A stretch of 37,383 bases of DNA. It comes from Hyphomicrobiales bacterium. Lineage in GTDB: Bacteria > Pseudomonadota > Alphaproteobacteria > Rhizobiales > JALURZ01. Positions 36,901 to 37,383 of the stretch are shown one piece after another. The translations under genes were made by a program, and so were the position numbers. The notes under the pieces are model-generated. The model did not search any database. It was not told the DNA's origin and was given only the letters and a program-made list of their open reading frames with translations. The DNA lies in NCBI GenBank assembly GCA_027058735.1, contig JALURZ010000041.1:1-37383 (forward strand). The letters are read 5' to 3'. How positions within the stretch are numbered: the stretch's first letter is position 1; each line of letters opens with the position of its first letter.

Positions 36901-37383
36901 TCATATCTTGATGGCCATGGCCGTCAGATACATGAACACGATGCCGAAGACGAGCCCGCCCAGAGCGTAGCGGTCGAGCATGACGAATCCGTCTTTCTCA
37001 TCACGAACCGAATATGCCGCGACCTCGAACAACACCTGAAGGATCGCGCCCGTGGCGATCGCCATGGCAAGGGCCGCCCATTGCGGAGCGATCGCATAAC
37101 TGCCAAGCCAGATGCCCGGAATTGCGGGTGCGCCGGCAAGCAGGGCAAGGCCCGCAAAGACGATGACCGGCGGCCTGTTCTTGACCAGCGGCGCGGCAAT
37201 GGCGATGCCTTCCGTCAGATTGTGCACGGTGAAACCGATAACCAGAAACGCGCCAAGACCGGCCGAGCCGGCCGCAAGCGCGGTGCCGATCGCCAGGCCT
37301 TCGCTGAAATTGTGCAGCCCTATCCCGAGCGCGACATAGACGGCCAGCGCAAGGCCGCTCGGCCGGTCTTGGCGCGTTTCTGG
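36901..37383 (-). CDS. ZIP-family divalent metal transporter (5' end beyond the window)
   Basis: The reading frame stays open to the window edge. My hand translation of the upstream part is PETRQDRPSGLALAVYVALGIGLHNFSEGLAIGTALAAGSAGLGAFLVIGFTVHNLTEGIAIAAPL, which contains the two ZIP signature HNxxEG motifs. The stop codon (minus strand) occupies 36901-36903. Confidence 0.85.
   Translation of the reverse strand, partial: PETRQDRPSGLALAVYVALGIGLHNFSEGLAIGTALAAGSAGLGAFLVIGFTVHNLTEGIAIAAPLVKNRPPVIVFAGLALLAGAPAIPGIWLGSYAIAPQWAALAMAIATGAILQVLFEVAAYSVRDEKDGFVMLDRYALGGLVFGIVFMYLTAMAIKI

Noticed and set aside
1-37383. A whole-window look for CRISPR repeats, tRNA or rRNA genes, transposases, integrases, toxin-antitoxin pairs, restriction-modification genes or other defence genes.
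   Set aside because: I found no periodic direct-repeat array, no tRNA-like T-arm (GGTTCGAATCC-type) and no ORF with mobility or defence signatures. The only methyltransferase looks like a small-molecule or lipid type and has no partner nuclease.

Overview
This window looks like high-GC alphaproteobacterial chromosomal core, with Hyphomicrobiales/Rhizobiales-like gene content. G+C was judged by eye and not computed. I can support about 35 protein-coding genes, nearly all housekeeping. In order they are: topA-rnr-NUDIX, rpmG, a methyltransferase, the divK-pleD cell-cycle operon, HAD-ROK kinase-dinB, an eipB-like gene, 2-hydroxyacid dehydrogenase-ridA-GDPD-DUF482-HIT, a secreted hypothetical, azlCD, clpSA, a phasin, a DD-carboxypeptidase with a SPOR domain, mipZ-VWA-J-domain protein, putA, panC, DUF1489, an NCS2 permease, parE, an OmpA-family lipoprotein, a small exported peptide, and a 5'-truncated ZIP transporter. 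I saw no tRNA, rRNA, CRISPR array, transposase, integrase or recognisable defence system, and I cannot point to a clear novel multi-gene system. Four loci deserve a second look. (1) A ~580-bp convergent spacer between rpmG and the methyltransferase holds a very AT-rich core with a perfect CtrA-box match, plus a structured GC-rich segment that looks like a minus-strand sRNA with three CUCCU motifs and a strong terminator. (2) A strongly ribosome-binding-site-equipped 83-aa exported Gly/Tyr- and His/Arg/Trp-rich peptide has an internal 12-nt tandem repeat and a structured leader, and sits next to the ZIP transporter. (3) A co-directional cluster runs mipZ, then a VWA protein, then a Pam18/Tim14-like J-domain membrane protein. 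(4) A translationally coupled HAD-ROK-dinB unit has no visible alpha-type LexA box. The many long ORFs antisense to real genes are treated as high-GC shadow ORFs.
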